NCBI RefSeq assembly: GCF_006345805.1
Contig: NC_043014.1
Span: 17,608,001 to 17,672,000 of the forward strand
DNA from: Octopus sinensis
Taxonomy: Eukaryota
Reading direction: 5' to 3'
DNA length: 64,000 nucleotides
Made by a program: the position numbers and the translations under genes. Numbering within the stretch: position 1 is the stretch's first letter; each line of letters begins with the position of its first letter. Shown piece by piece: positions 1 through 12,936 of this stretch. The notes beneath the pieces were generated by a model, which did no database searches, had not been told where the DNA came from, and saw only the letters and a program-made list of their open reading frames with translations.

Positions 1-1349
1 ACAGTTCAACCAACACACCAACTCAACCAAATATTTACAATCTGACTTGTCATTACTCTGATGTTTGCTGCTCTTTGTAGCGTTACTTAGAACTTAGAAC
101 TTGTTCTGTTAATACCTGTTCTTTTAAGCCAGTTTTCTATCGGTATGAGGTTATCAACTCCGTTCTTTCTGCTCTGATATCTTGTGTTTCTTCAAGTGGT
201 CTTGTATATCGGCTTGAGATTCCAACCTCCCACGTTTCTACTCTGCTGTTCCAAGCCGATTAGCTCAAGTGGGCTTGCGTGGTTGCCTCAAACTGAAGTT
301 TTACTTCTCGTTGCTCTTGTATCTCCACAGCATTTCGCTATCTCTGAGATTGGAGACTGTCCTATCTTTGTTCTTGTGTTTTCCTAACCATTCGACTTCT
401 GGAGCGTTAGGCTTCTGATTATTGAAAAGTATTAAATTGTTTTCTACTTTTCATGTTTAAAAAGTCATATTAAAAACAAATCAAGAATATATCCCGTAAC
501 ATTTAATTTTTGTTGTTGTTTTTAGATTCATTCACGTGACTTTACTTCATCCAGCTACCAAGCTTCATAGAAATTGGAGTCCAGTATAACAATTATACAT
601 TTTATATGTCTCACCCTTCACTTCACAACACAAAAATATAATTGCTTCGAATCATAGCACAATTACGATACAGTAGAAGGCTATGTGTGTGTGCGTGTGC
701 ATAAACATTTAGGCCACACCTAAATATGCATTCATCTCTCTCTATATATGTACATACAGGTATACATATATGTGTATATACACTCAACATACGCATACAT
801 GTTTATACATACCTATGCAGGTGCATCCATATACATATGTGTATGTGTGTGTGAGTGTGTAAATGTGCGCGTGTTTACATTTCTTAGATCGATGAAATCT
901 GTAAAACATGTTCTTGGAAGAGGAAAAGAATAATATTTTGCAAACAAATGAATATATTTAATATCGTATATATATAAAATAAAAGATCGTATAGAGAGCG
1001 CATCAGATTTCTGATGCGCATTCTATACAATCTTTTTACTCTTTCGTTTTTCTTTCTTTCTCTCTAATATTCTTTTACGTCCTCTTCTCCCACTATTCTA
1101 TCCTACTACTCTGTCACTCTCTCTCCCTCCCTCCTCCTCCTTTGCTCACGCGGCTCCCGCGTGACCATCGGCAATCTTCCTTTCTTTTCCTAACTTGTGT
1201 TACGCGTTCGCCACCGCAACCTCATTTAGGCTTAGCAAGCCCTTCCTGTTTGTCGTCACTGTCCTGTTTTGATAAACCGCAAAAACCCCAATTTTTATTT
1301 AATTTGCTTTGCGAGAGCAACTGTTTTATCGAAAGCGTATATTGTTGTT

Positions 1350-1500
1350 AAATGCTCGAAATACGAGAGTAGAGAAACAGCCAACAACTTATGAAGGGTC
1401 GTTCTTTATGTTGTTTGTCTTGTTTTCTATTTGTGTCTTTCGTTGTTTGAAAAATAGTTCATGTTCCATGTACTCGTACTTCGTATTTTTTTTGGTGTAC
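1350..1500 (+). repeat. Unclassified dispersed repeat (family also at 15200-15400, 15955-16128 and 28905-29070 on the - strand)
   Basis: Shared core GCTCGAAAT..GAGTAGA.AGACAGCC.ACAACT.ATGAAGGG in four copies within the window. Confidence 0.7.
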
Positions 1501-1524
1501 ACGTTTCATGACGCAAAAGATCTC

Positions 1525-1635
1525 GATAGAATAAGTACTAGGCTTACAAAGAATAAGTTCTGGGGTCGATTTGTTCGACTAAAGGCGGTGCTCTAGCATG
1601 GCCGCAGTCAAATGACTAAAACAAATAAAACAATA
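1525..1635 (+). mobile_element. 3' part of CORE-type SINE (family A)
   Basis: GATAGAATAAGTACTAGGCTTACAAAGAATAAG..GGGGTCGATTTGTTCGACTAAAGGCGGTGCTC.AGCATGGCCGCAGTCAAATGACT matches the tail of the full copies elsewhere in the window. Confidence 0.85.
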
Positions 1636-2026
1636 AACGAATGCACACACACATTTAAATATGTGTGTATGTGAAACTGATAAGCTAAATTCACTTTACG
1701 ATAAAAATTTCCAGTTTTATTTTGATAAAAACACCAGTGACTTCAGAGCAAAATATCTCTCACACCCACTCCGTTTTTTCTTTGTTTTAGCCTCTCTTAC
1801 CAGCGTAACTAACGAGGTGTATTGCCTTAGGGTGTCCATAAATTATCTTTACAACTTTCACAGGCCCGAACTTCAAATTGTAATGGTAATTTATGGCTCT
1901 CCACATTCTCGTTTTAGGGACGGTGGGGAGAGTCCATTGAGAGCATGTTAGATGTTAGTTTCGTTGAAAATACACGAGAAACTTTAATTATTACTATTTG
2001 TATTTGGTGTTATTAGCGGTCAAAAA

Positions 2027-2222
2027 GCTAGCAAAAACGCCGGGCGAAATACTTAGCTGTATTTCGTCTGTCTTCGTGTTCTGAGTTCAAATTCCGCCGA
2101 GGTCGATTTTGCCTTTCATCCTTTCGGAGTCGATAAATTAAGTACTAGTTGCGTACGGGGGTCGATCTAATCGACTGGCCCCTCCCCCAAAATTTCGGGC
2201 CTTGGGCCTAGAGTAGAAAAGG
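2027..2222 (+). mobile_element. tRNA-derived SINE family B (tail type 1)
   Basis: B-box-like GAGTTCAAATTCC followed by the body TTGCCTTTCATCCTTTCGG.GTCGATAAATTAAGTAC shared with about 8 other copies. Confidence 0.85.
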
Positions 2223-2299
2223 TTATTAGCGGTCGAAGTACAAATTGACTTTCTACAAGTAGATCGATATGTATTTGTCTATGTACGTTCTAGTGTATT

Positions 2300-3560
2300 T
2301 ATGAAAGTGTAACGATTAAGTTTTAATTAGTGTAGTTACCAATTTTAACGGGTAAGATTGATTAGTAAGCAATATTATGAAAAGTCGGAGTCAACAGTCG
2401 TAATGATAAAAAATGTGTTGTTATGACGGCATGTTGTAAGATGTAAAAGATGAACAATGCATGAAGGTTTAAGGATATATTTTCTTACCGTTACGTTACA
2501 ATATCTTGCCTCAACTGGCAGGTTATGATAAATCCAAAAGCATGAAAGTAAAGTTTGTATTTTCTTCATTGTTTAGTAGTAATTACAGAGAGAGATAAAA
2601 TGATGTTGTAAAAGAACAGAATTAAAGCTAGTGAGAGTGGGACGTTGTCTCACAGTTGCTGACAGTAAACTTCATTTCTCCCTTTGACCAAGGTTGGTCG
2701 GCCAGACTTCGTTCTCATTGAGTCGTCATCATGTGACTGGACTCGTTGAGTCGTCACCGACTGTAACTAACTGATTTCTGCTTGGGGTGTGCTTGCTTTT
2801 ATAACTATCCAGAAGGATAGATATATCATTGAGAACAATAGATTTAGTTGGTGGTCTTGTTATCTCTATTCTAGCTTTTGGTGAAGTAGAAGGGGTTAGA
2901 AAGTGTCAAGTGGTGAAGACATTATTTCGGCCTAGCTGAAGGCATCTTGAAAATGTGAAACTGCTGTCAGTGAAAAACATTTGTTCCACCGTGGGAAGAG
3001 TTCTGTTGCGGTGTTAATTTAAATTTGGCTATGGTGGATCGAATCATCCACTTCATGCATGCAAGATCCACTACTTCTATATATATATATGAAAGGTTTT
3101 GGTATCCAGAATACCCATAAGGTAGATAAGGCTATGGTAGTGCTACGGAAGGGCCGTTGTAAGACTCCCGGTTCAATAATAATATGAGTAGTCTAATGCG
3201 GGGTCGTGTTTAAGCGTGTATTTGTTAAGTAAAATGAGATAAGAAGGGCAAGACGGTGTGATATTTCTAGGACATTTTTTAAAGAGAAAGGTAGTCTTAC
3301 AGCTGTTTCAGGAATATAATAGATATCCTATCATCAGAGACGATATGAGAGAGTTTTAATAGAAGTAAACAGTTGTAACAGAAGTTCATTATATAAGAAG
3401 ATAAGAAATTATTTTGGAAAGAGTGAGATACAGGAAGTTTAAAAGGAAATATGAGAATAAAAATATATGTTGCATGTTAAAGTTGCTACTCCATTATCCA
3501 AAGAAGGTGCTGTGTAGAATGAGTGAAGAGCTATCGGTAGATAAAGCGAATAGGGGGAGG
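2300..3560 (-). mobile_element. Penelope-like (PLE-type) non-coding relic carrying a hammerhead ribozyme; related copy at 62560-63250 (+)
   Basis: 2300-2670 aligns in reverse to 62881-63250, which explains the shared spurious ORF FWIYHNLPVEARYCNVTV. Both copies carry the same hammerhead-like motif. The PLE assignment is inferred from the known association of minimal hammerheads with PLEs. Confidence 0.55.
3293..3342 (-). ncRNA. Minimal type I hammerhead ribozyme
   Basis: Minus strand reads GTCT-CTGATGA-TAGGATATCTATTATATTCCT-GAAA-CAGCT-GTA|AGAC: intact core, stem I GTCT/AGAC, imperfect stem II, palindromic stem III ACAGCTGT, GUA cleavage triplet. Confidence 0.7.
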
Positions 3561-3718
3561 GATAGAAAAAAGAGGTGTGAATGTAAGGAAGGAATATTTG
3601 TGAGACGTTTGATGCACTAAGGTGGAGAAATAGATAAAGAATGGGGTACTAAGTGGGGTACTAAAAGTGAGTAGTAAAACTCAAAAAGGAAGGGAAGAAT
3701 AAGACAGCTCATTTTATC

Positions 3719-3763
<45 letters not shown>

Positions 3764-4071
3764 CACACACACGCACATACATACACTAACACAGAAATGA
3801 AAATAGAACAAACTTACCACTCTTGTTTAAACATTTAAACAGAAGTACTCTGTAATTGTTGAAGCAAATCCATTCTTTTATCATATATATATATATAACG
3901 TACTAAACTCAGACATCCTGATCGAGTCAATCGTGACGAATGTTCCCAATTATTGCTTCTCAAAGTTCAAATATATACATATATATATATACTTATATAT
4001 ATAGTTCTAAATAGGGAGTGTGTTGCATTACGTGAATATTTTCAGAAATCAAAAGTCGAAATATATAGTAA

Positions 4072-4915
4072 CTAGCAGAATTGCCCGGCGTTGCTCGGGG
4101 CTGAATTGCTTCAAAGTACTGTTAATGATTGCACTGAATTATGATGATTATTCAGGCAAATATTGATTTAAGCTTACGGTGGGAGATAAGGACTTAACGA
4201 TCAAACGTGTGCCATTGCATTGTTTTGGGGGAACCAAATTTCTGATGAGCATTATAGGGGCACCAACTTTAAGTTTGAGAAAGTGTGGTGGTAGTCCGGG
4301 GTGCTCAAAGGAATTGAGTACCTCTATTGGATAGTTGATGACGTCCTCTGGGTCAGGAGTTGTATCGATAGACTGATATACATAGACTTCCCCAGGAATG
4401 AGTTTTAGCATTTCATCATTAATATGGTGAACAGTTTTATTCCTCGGGGCCAGTATAGCCTTTTTGCCAATCCAATCCATATTCTGATAATTAGCTTGTA
4501 GATCTGGGAACACTGCATCTCTGAGATCAGAAGGCGTCTTAACAATGGTACAAATGGAATCGATGGCAATATTACCATTTTCATCCCCTGGTATTTTGCC
4601 TTCGCCAAGTGAAAGGAGGGTGTGAGGAAATGCTGCTGATGTGATATTACGTCGCATATGAGCACGCATATTGGTGTGAAGTTTGAGAGTTACTTCCCTT
4701 TATTAAAAAAATATGCATTAAAATGGAAAAAAATGATGGTAAATTATTTGTAAAATCATAGACTCATCGTAGACGCGCGCTAATACCCAGAAGGGCTCGA
4801 TATGAATCACGACTATAAGATACCCGGTTTTGGTTAAACTGCATCGCAAAATGTGGGAGTAGTTAGGAATCTAAATCGGAGTAGACAGACACACAACCTT
4901 TCTTTTATATATAAA
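4072..4915 (-). mobile_element. Internally deleted Helitron
   Basis: On the - strand the 3' end is the hairpin CCCGAGCAACGCCGGG followed by CTAG|T (4072-4099). It carries a Pif1-like helicase fragment. The 5' end is TTTATATATAAAAG.. near 4915. Confidence 0.85.
4148..4700 (-). pseudogene. Helitron RepHel Pif1-family helicase C-terminal fragment
   Basis: Motifs LHTNMR, LLSLGEG, AILAPRN, GLPPHFLKLKVGAPIMLIRNL..CNGTRLIV; truncated at both ends. Confidence 0.9.
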
Positions 4916-4917
4916 TA

Positions 4918-5396
4918 TTTTCGTCCTAAAAAACTTTGTATGGATTGAATGGTTACCTCTATGGAAATATATACACGCACATTATACATACATGTGTGTA
5001 TAGATGAATATATAAATACATTTAAATATCTATATACACTTTTGGGCGATCTTTCTGTTTCTTAGATATAACTTTAGATCTTATTTTCGTGCTAAAAAAC
5101 TTTGTATGGAGTGAATGGTTACCTCTATGGAAATATATACACACACGTTATACATACATGTGTGCATAGATGAATATATAAATACATTTATATATCTATA
5201 TACACTTTTGGGCGATCTCTGTGCTACTTAGAGATAACTTTAGATCTTATTTTCGTCCTAAAAAACTTTGTGCGGAGTGAATGGTTACGTGTATGGAAAT
5301 ATATACACACACATTATACATACATCTGTGTATAGATGAATATATAAATAGATTTAAATATCTATATACACTTTTGGGCGATCTTTCTGCTACTTG
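4918..5396. repeat. 166-bp minisatellite, about 3 units plus a partial unit at 5856-5880
   Basis: TCGTCCTAAAAAACTTTG recurs at 4921, 5087 and 5253 (166-bp period) and again at 5864 after a MITE insertion. Confidence 0.9.
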
Positions 5397-5404
5397 GATA
5401 TAGG

Positions 5405-5847
5405 GGCGATGTTTCGCTTGTCGTAGCACACGTTTCCGTCGATTTCCGTAAAAAATGTAAACACTGAATCGGCCATACATACATACATACACACACACAT
5501 ACATACACACACACACACATACATGCATACATACATATACACATAAACCGAGTAAAAAATTTCAGTTATCTCTCTCTTTCACACATTACTCTCTCTGTCT
5601 CTTCACACACACTAACAGAAGCACTTCACTTACACAACATACTGTCTGTCTCCCACACTCCATCAAACACACACACACACACACACATGTACATCAATGC
5701 GTCCCATGCACGGTAACTTCAAAAGAACTTCCCTCGTCATACAATCGCTTTCTCTTAGTCTCTTTCGCTCTCATTACTTATGTAAAAAAATAAAAGTTTT
5801 TTACGGAAATCGACGGAAACCTGTGCTACGACAAGCGAAACATCGCC
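5405..5847. mobile_element. MITE with 51-bp TIRs and 8-bp TSD, Merlin/IS1595-like ends
   Basis: TIR GGCGATGTTTCGCTTGTCGTAGCACA.GTTTCCGTCGATTTCCGTAAAAAA (50/51 match). TSD GATATAGG at 5397-5404 and 5848-5855. Confidence 0.85.
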
Positions 5848-5879
5848 GATATAGGTCTTATATTCGTCCTAAAAAACTT

Positions 5880-6360
5880 TCCTGTCACACACTCACGCAC
5901 ACGCACGCACACACACACACACACACACACACCACACACACACACGCACCCTCACACACACACACACACACGCACACACACACTCACACACACGCACGTT
6001 AGCTTACAATTTTATTTATATATTTGCGTGTCTATGTGTGTAAAGAGGAAGTGGCAGACTGAAAGAGTCACTCACTACAAAAGGTGAATTACTTTCATTT
6101 TATTCTTTGCACACTGTGTGTGTGCGTGTGCGTGTGGTGTAAACCACATTAAGAAAAGCATTTGACATACACACCAGAATATGAGTTTTCTGTAAATTTT
6201 GCTTAATTGGAGTTTAAATTTTAAAAAGTGGACCTGGCAAAACCCGATGCATTCTACTCTTAAAAATGCTAAGTAAATTGTAATTGAAGAAATCCTATAT
6301 TGTAGATTTCTATAACTGACAAAGGGAGGCAGATAAAATCTGCCTTTTATAATAAGAGAT
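5880..6360 (-). mobile_element. 5' portion of a non-autonomous Helitron-like element (near-identical copy at 63772-64000, +)
   Basis: Begins A|TCTCTTATTATAAAAGGCAGATTTTATCTGCCT (TC start plus subterminal hairpin). About 230 bp match the last bases of the window in reverse. Confidence 0.65.
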
Positions 6361-6374
6361 TCGTCTGAGACTGA

Positions 6375-7275
6375 ATCGGTAAGGGTAGGGCAAAATTTGT
6401 TGTTGGGGCAAAATGAGTAATTTATAATTTATTGTTATTTTACCCCTACCTGTTTGGAACTGTTACATTGAAAGTATTGCATCATCATTCTGCATAGTTG
6501 CACTATCTTTGGGAGTAAAAATTGATCAGCCTAGTTGTTGTTCTTGAAGTTGAGAGAGTTTGAAACATAGTCAGGTGACAGGTACTTTTTATCAAAAAAA
6601 TTTTCCTCAAATTTGAGCCGATTGTAATAAAATACCTGGATAATTTTTGGTGTTTAACAATCAATATTCTTTTCTCTGTTGGACTCCAAATCAGTTTTTT
6701 CCCACAATAATGTCTAATTTGATCATTTTCAATTTTTACAATATGATGTATAAACCGGGGCAAAATGAGTAAAAATATTTTTTTCTTTTTCATTGCATGG
6801 TGCATAAATATATGATGAAGGGAGCCACACCAGCAGATTGCGTAGAAGTTATATAGAACATTTTATGTTGTTTTACATTCAGTCGAGTTTCGTTAATTTT
6901 ATATCATGTACCATTTTTCCATGACACCCTTTCAATTTGATCATAAACTTTTGTTGCATTTCTGATCTTTCTGACGTTTAAAGATGTATACTAATGTATA
7001 TGAGTCTTTTACCAAATGTAATTCAAGAAAATTGAAAAGGTAAACTCACCTTATCGTGTCTTACTCATTTTGCCCCATCTAAATTTGTGTTTCATATGCT
7101 GAAAGTGAATGGAGATAATTTTCTGATATAGTGTTCAGATTACGTTGTAGTGTTTTAATGCGCTTAGACATGGTTATTTGCTTAGTTGATGTAGTTTTTG
7201 TAAGGTAGTGAACATATGTAATTTTTTTCTGTAAGTCTAAAATGCAGTAAATTTAACTCATTGTGTCCCCGTTAA
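6375..7275. mobile_element. Non-autonomous DNA transposon with repeated GGGGCAAAATGAGTAA motifs
   Basis: The motif is direct near 6408 and 6758 and inverted near 7062 and 7255 (TTACTCATTTTGCCCC), the layout of subterminal transposase-binding repeats. Confidence 0.5.
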
Positions 7276-7517
7276 TATTTATATATATATATATATACAC
7301 GCACTCGCACATACCCGCACACACACACACACACCACACACACACACACGCACACACACACACACGCGCATAAACCCACTTACATTTAAACATACAAGAT
7401 CATATCCATAAAGTCTTTTACACACAACACAGACACAGAGAGAGAAAGAGACAAAAGGAGAAAGACAGAAAGTAACTAATGGAAAGAAAAGGTGAAAACG
7501 AATAACGAAACATATGT

Positions 7518-8240
<723 letters not shown>

Positions 8241-8872
8241 ATAAGCACTTGGTAAAATGCAAAACAAAGAAAATACAAAATAAAAAGAAAAAAATACAGT
8301 TCTGCTCTATCTATTGTCTGTGTCTCCTTAATTAAAATCTTATTTTGTTGCAGCCCAGTCATAATTAATTATACTGGATGAAAACTAGGGCAATGATTTG
8401 CTACCAAAGCACCACACCATTCCCCACATCCGCTCATAAACTTCCTATCTCAGAATTGTTGTGACAGGACGTAATTTTCTCGAAAATGTTATGAAGTCTG
8501 AGTGAATGAGAGTGGTTTCCAGGAATTGTCTTTTGTCTTATATGCAAGTAGCGTAATACATTTACTGCAGAGAAGAGGGCACGTATATTAGATGCTGACT
8601 GCATATACAGGCAGTGTATGCGGATGCTAGATGCATAGGTAAACATTGTATAAAGTTGGTGACTAGATATATAGTCACAGTATGTAGGTATTACGTCAAT
8701 AGATATATCTTGTGTATAGAGGTTGACGGGATATATAGTCAGTGTGTTGATTGTATATGGATAGGCATACACCTTGTATATACGTACATATATGGATATA
8801 TATATATATTTGGTGTGTAGACGTTAAATAGATATATGAGTGTATGTATGTGTGTGTGTGTGTGTGTATATA

Positions 8873-9137
8873 TTATATCCTTCTATACTTTGGCTATACA
8901 GATTTCACGAGGCGGGGACAGACACAGCTACCTTCACATGACTTACTTCAAATTACTCCACTAAAACACGATACTCCAATAAATACAAACTCTCAACAAT
9001 CTCAACGACTGCTTACGACTTCCACGAATTCTCAATGACTCTGACGACTGGTCCCTCGTCTCAACCAATACGCTACTCGTATAAGAGCTCGGTTAGTCCA
9101 TTTTTGCAATCCCACTGTTGTGACTCTCGCCACAACA
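8873..9137 (-). repeat. 3' LTR, with adjacent polypurine tract at 9138-9151
   Basis: On the - strand the PPT CTCAAAGGGGAAGA directly precedes TGTTGTGGCG. Roughly 80-85% similar by eye to 13034-13287. Confidence 0.88.
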
Positions 9138-9599
9138 TCTTCCCCTTTGAGATTTACTTCCTAGTGAATTTTAATATTTCTTCCGTTTAGGCACTACTTG
9201 CAACTGTTCTGTTTGTTTCCCCTTTCTTGTGCTGCTACGCCCAGGTTCGACTTCTGTGGCGTTGGAACATCAAAGGTATCGTAGATCACTTCCATGGGTA
9301 TCACTTTTCTTTTTTTCGTTTTTCTATTTTTTAGCTGGCTTAAATGCCTTTTGTGTTCCCATTTTTCGCCTTTTATCATATATTGCCCATTCGTTTTGTT
9401 ACTACTCTGTTTTCCCAACCTTCTCTTCCATTTTTATATATTTTGAAAAACACCTTCTCGCCGATATTGAAATACTTTATCGTATTTTTAGTATTTTCCC
9501 TATTTGTTTTTCTTACTGACAAAAACTTGTTAAAAATTGATTTTATTTTCGAGCAAAAATTATTTCCGCAGGCGATTTGCCTGGACAAGTGTTTTGGTT

Positions 9600-12500
9600 T
9601 GGTGTTATCCTATAGATCCTCAAGAATTGTGTCAATGCTGCGTCATCGACATGCTTATTTCTTGATTCCTTTAATGCTCTTTTAAATGTATCTACGAACC
9701 ATTCTGCTTGCCCATTTGGTCTTGGTTGATATGGCGGAGTAGAAATATGTTAAATTGCATACATTATGCAAAACATTTTAAACTCATACGCCATAAACTG
9801 TGTACCGTTGTCGGAGACTGTGATGTCTGAGCACCATATCTTGCAAAGAGTTCATGAAGAAATTCTCTTGTTACCTACATCTACATATTTCCGGCCATTT
9901 AGTATAACTGTCTATTACAATCAGGTAATATGCGCCATTTACTGATCCAGCAAAATGTATATGAACCTGGACCATGGACTGCCGGTTTTAGGCCATGGTT
10001 GGAATTTTACCGGTAGTGACTTGGCTGCAAGGGTACAACTTCTACAGGATTTCACCGACTCTCAATCTCACAGTCCATTATAGGCTAATGTACGTAACTT
10101 CGCGTGAGTGATTTCATTCTCGAAATCCCTAGGTGACCAATATGAAATTCTTTTAATAAACGCTTTTGTTGTGCGACCGGCAAAGCGACTCAACCCATAC
10201 ATCAACACATTGTCACACAGTGAGGAATGGTTTGCATTTGTGTTGCACATATTTTTATTTTCTTTGGCCTTCAGTGTTTCTTTCATTTTTATAATGAATT
10301 TATCGTTCTTCGACTTTGATTTTATGTCTGGTAACGTAACTGGCAGTTCCTGAATGACGTTACACAGAACATTTTTAATTTCATTTTCCGCTCGCAAATC
10401 GGTAATCACAGTATTTTCGAATGGTACCACATTTTTTGTAATCAGTGTTGATAGACAATCTGCGTGACCTAATTTCTTGGATGGTATATATTCCATTTTG
10501 AAATCGTCGTTTAGTAAGATCGCAGCCCTGCGTTGTAACCTATTAGCAGTACAGGTAGGAATTCTTTTTTTCGACCCAAATATCGATAATAACGGTCGGT
10601 GATCAGTTTGTAGCCGAAAACTTGAAAAATCTGAAATTTTTTCATGGAAAAAATGATCGCAAGAGCTTCTTTTACGATTTGACTATAATTTTTCTCCGCT
10701 GATATCAGAAAATGTAAGATATGAATCACTGCCTTCGTGTTACCATCTTTATATTTATCTAGCATTACTGCTCCTATACCGTACACATAAGTGTTTGAAG
10801 CTACAACAATCTCCGCTGCAGTATCGAACTGAGCTAACTACAAATCAGATATTAATATGTTTGCATATTTGGGATATAATTTTGGTAATAATTTGCCAGT
10901 CCTAAAAATGCTTGTAAGGTTGCTAAATTAGTCAAAGGAGACATATTTTTAATTGCCCTCGACGGGTCAGGTCGTCGTCCATATCTGTCAATGAGTTATC
11001 CTAAATATCTTATTTCCGGTAAGAAAAATTTACACTTTTTCTTCATTCAAATTAAAATTGTATTCCTTAAATTTTTTAAATAGATATTTTACGTGCTCGA
11101 CGTGTTGATCCCTGGATTCGCTTTTAATGAGTATATCATCAAAATATGAAATTGCGAATTCACAGTCCGCTAAAATTGCATCCATAATCTGTTGAAAAAT
11201 CGCTGGTACAACTTTTAAGCCAAATGGTAACCTGTTGTACTTATACAGTCCTTTATGTGTGTTGACTGTTATGTATTTCGAGCATTCATCGTCTACTTTA
11301 ATTTATTGGTTCGCGTCAGAGAGATCCAATTGAGAAAATATTTTTCCACCGTTTAATTTCGCAAAAATATCCTCCGGAGTTAGTAGCAGATATTGGTACA
11401 TCTTAAGACATTCGTTTAAACCAATAGAAATATCAGCGCACATTCTGATTTTATTATTCTTTTTCTTAGTATACACAGTTGGTGCTGCCCATTTAGAATA
11501 TTCCAATTTTTGGATAGCTCTATTTTTTTTAGTCTCTCTATTCTTCATTGACTTGCTTCATCGCTGCGAAGGGTACTATTCGTCTAGGTTTAAATACTAG
11601 TATGGCGTTTTCCTTTAATAGAAAAGGCGCCTTTGTCATGGTACACAAAACTCATTTATTGGACAAAGTTTCAGGAAAAAAAAACTTTTTACTTTTTCGT
11701 TCAATTCGTTTGACGACTTGTTTTTACTGGAGGAAAACCATTTATATTTTTACAGAACAGATTTATGGGGAGGTCCCATAAATTAAACAATTCCATCCAA
11801 TCAGTACCGAACAAATTTGTTGCATTATTTAACACAAAACTTTTTGCTTTCAAAGTTTTATCCCGAAATGTAACCTCAGTTATCATTCGTCTAAAAAAAT
11901 GTAATTTTTTTCCTGGCACACCTTTCGCAACTTTTAAAGTGTCCATTGATTTAGACTTTCCTATTTTTTTCCATGTGTCAGTGTTAATAATTGTAATATC
12001 ATTGCCTGTATCTAACTGCAACCTCACATTCACGTTCTTAATTTTCATGTACATAAATTTTCTTTTGTGAGCCTCGCCTGGACTTTCTATTGAGAAAACT
12101 TTTCCAGAATTTTTTCCATTTAGCCTTTTTATTTTTTCTGCTCTGCAATGTGAGCTTTTATGTCCGAATTTTTGACAGTTAAGACATTAAAAACTTTTAA
12201 ACGTACAGTTATTTCTAAAATTTAGAGCTTTATTTGCGTCATATCTTAGATAAATAATTCTCTGACATTCCTCTGCCACTGCCTGCAGGGTCAAATTCTG
12301 GTCCTGTTCTAATTTTGTTAATATCCGGGCACGTATCACTGCATCTTTGCTTGCAATTAACAGTTGAACAAAAATTAGACATTTGAACATGTCCGGGGTT
12401 ATTTTTCAGTTTGAAATTTTCGCACTCTCTATTGACGATTGCGGCATAGGTAAAGAAATCTTCATCTTTTTCTACTAAATTCAAGCACTCCCAGCTGGTA

Positions 12501-12800
12501 TTGAACAGGGAACTTCTCTCGCTGAAAATTTTCGATAATAACTTAATTGTTTCATCGAAACAAATTTCACGTGTTTTTTTTTTTTTTGGCAGAATGTAGT
12601 TGCAGTATTTTTCGCGTTCGGTAGGGGATAATTTTCTTAAAAGTAGTCGTACCTTTTCATTGTCCGTCCAATTTTTGCATTCCTCTGAAGATTTCTTCAT
12701 ATCTTCGGAAATATGCAGAAAAAGTAATGCCTTCTTCCGGATTATAACTAAATTCTGCAATTGTTTATGCTATGCCGTCTGGCGAGAACGAGCCTAAAGT
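9600..12800 (-). pseudogene. Disrupted gag-pol (gag, aspartic protease, RT, RNase H, integrase)
   Basis: gag LLRKL..KYCNYILPK; protease LQLDTG; RT WAAP..IRMCAD, PEDIFAKLNGGKIFSQLDLSDA, YNRLPFG, YFDDILI; RNase H YGIGAV, NYSQI.KEALAI; integrase SDNGTQF. Many stops and frameshifts. Confidence 0.9.
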
Positions 12801-12936
12801 ATTCTTGGACTTCAACCTTAATTCCAGCAACTGTTAGTATTGCTGTTGCAGTTAATAAGTCTTCTTTGTTAACTAATTTTTCTTTGATTTTGTATCAAAA
12901 GAAAAATGTCAAAGTCCGATGTTAGCTTCGAATAAA

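Noticed and set aside
184-387. ORF and reverse-strand frames at the window start
   Set aside because: No recognisable domain in any frame I translated.
2925-2965. Hammerhead-like relics here and at about 59530-59570 and 63690-63735 (stem II plus CGAAA)
   Set aside because: The CUGANGA core and/or stem I are too degenerate to call ribozymes; at most fossils.
4918-5396. Regular repeats (166-bp minisatellite; 28-bp array at 12937-13033) as CRISPR-like arrays
   Set aside because: There are no unique spacers, the context is eukaryotic, and both are explained as transposon-internal tandem repeats.
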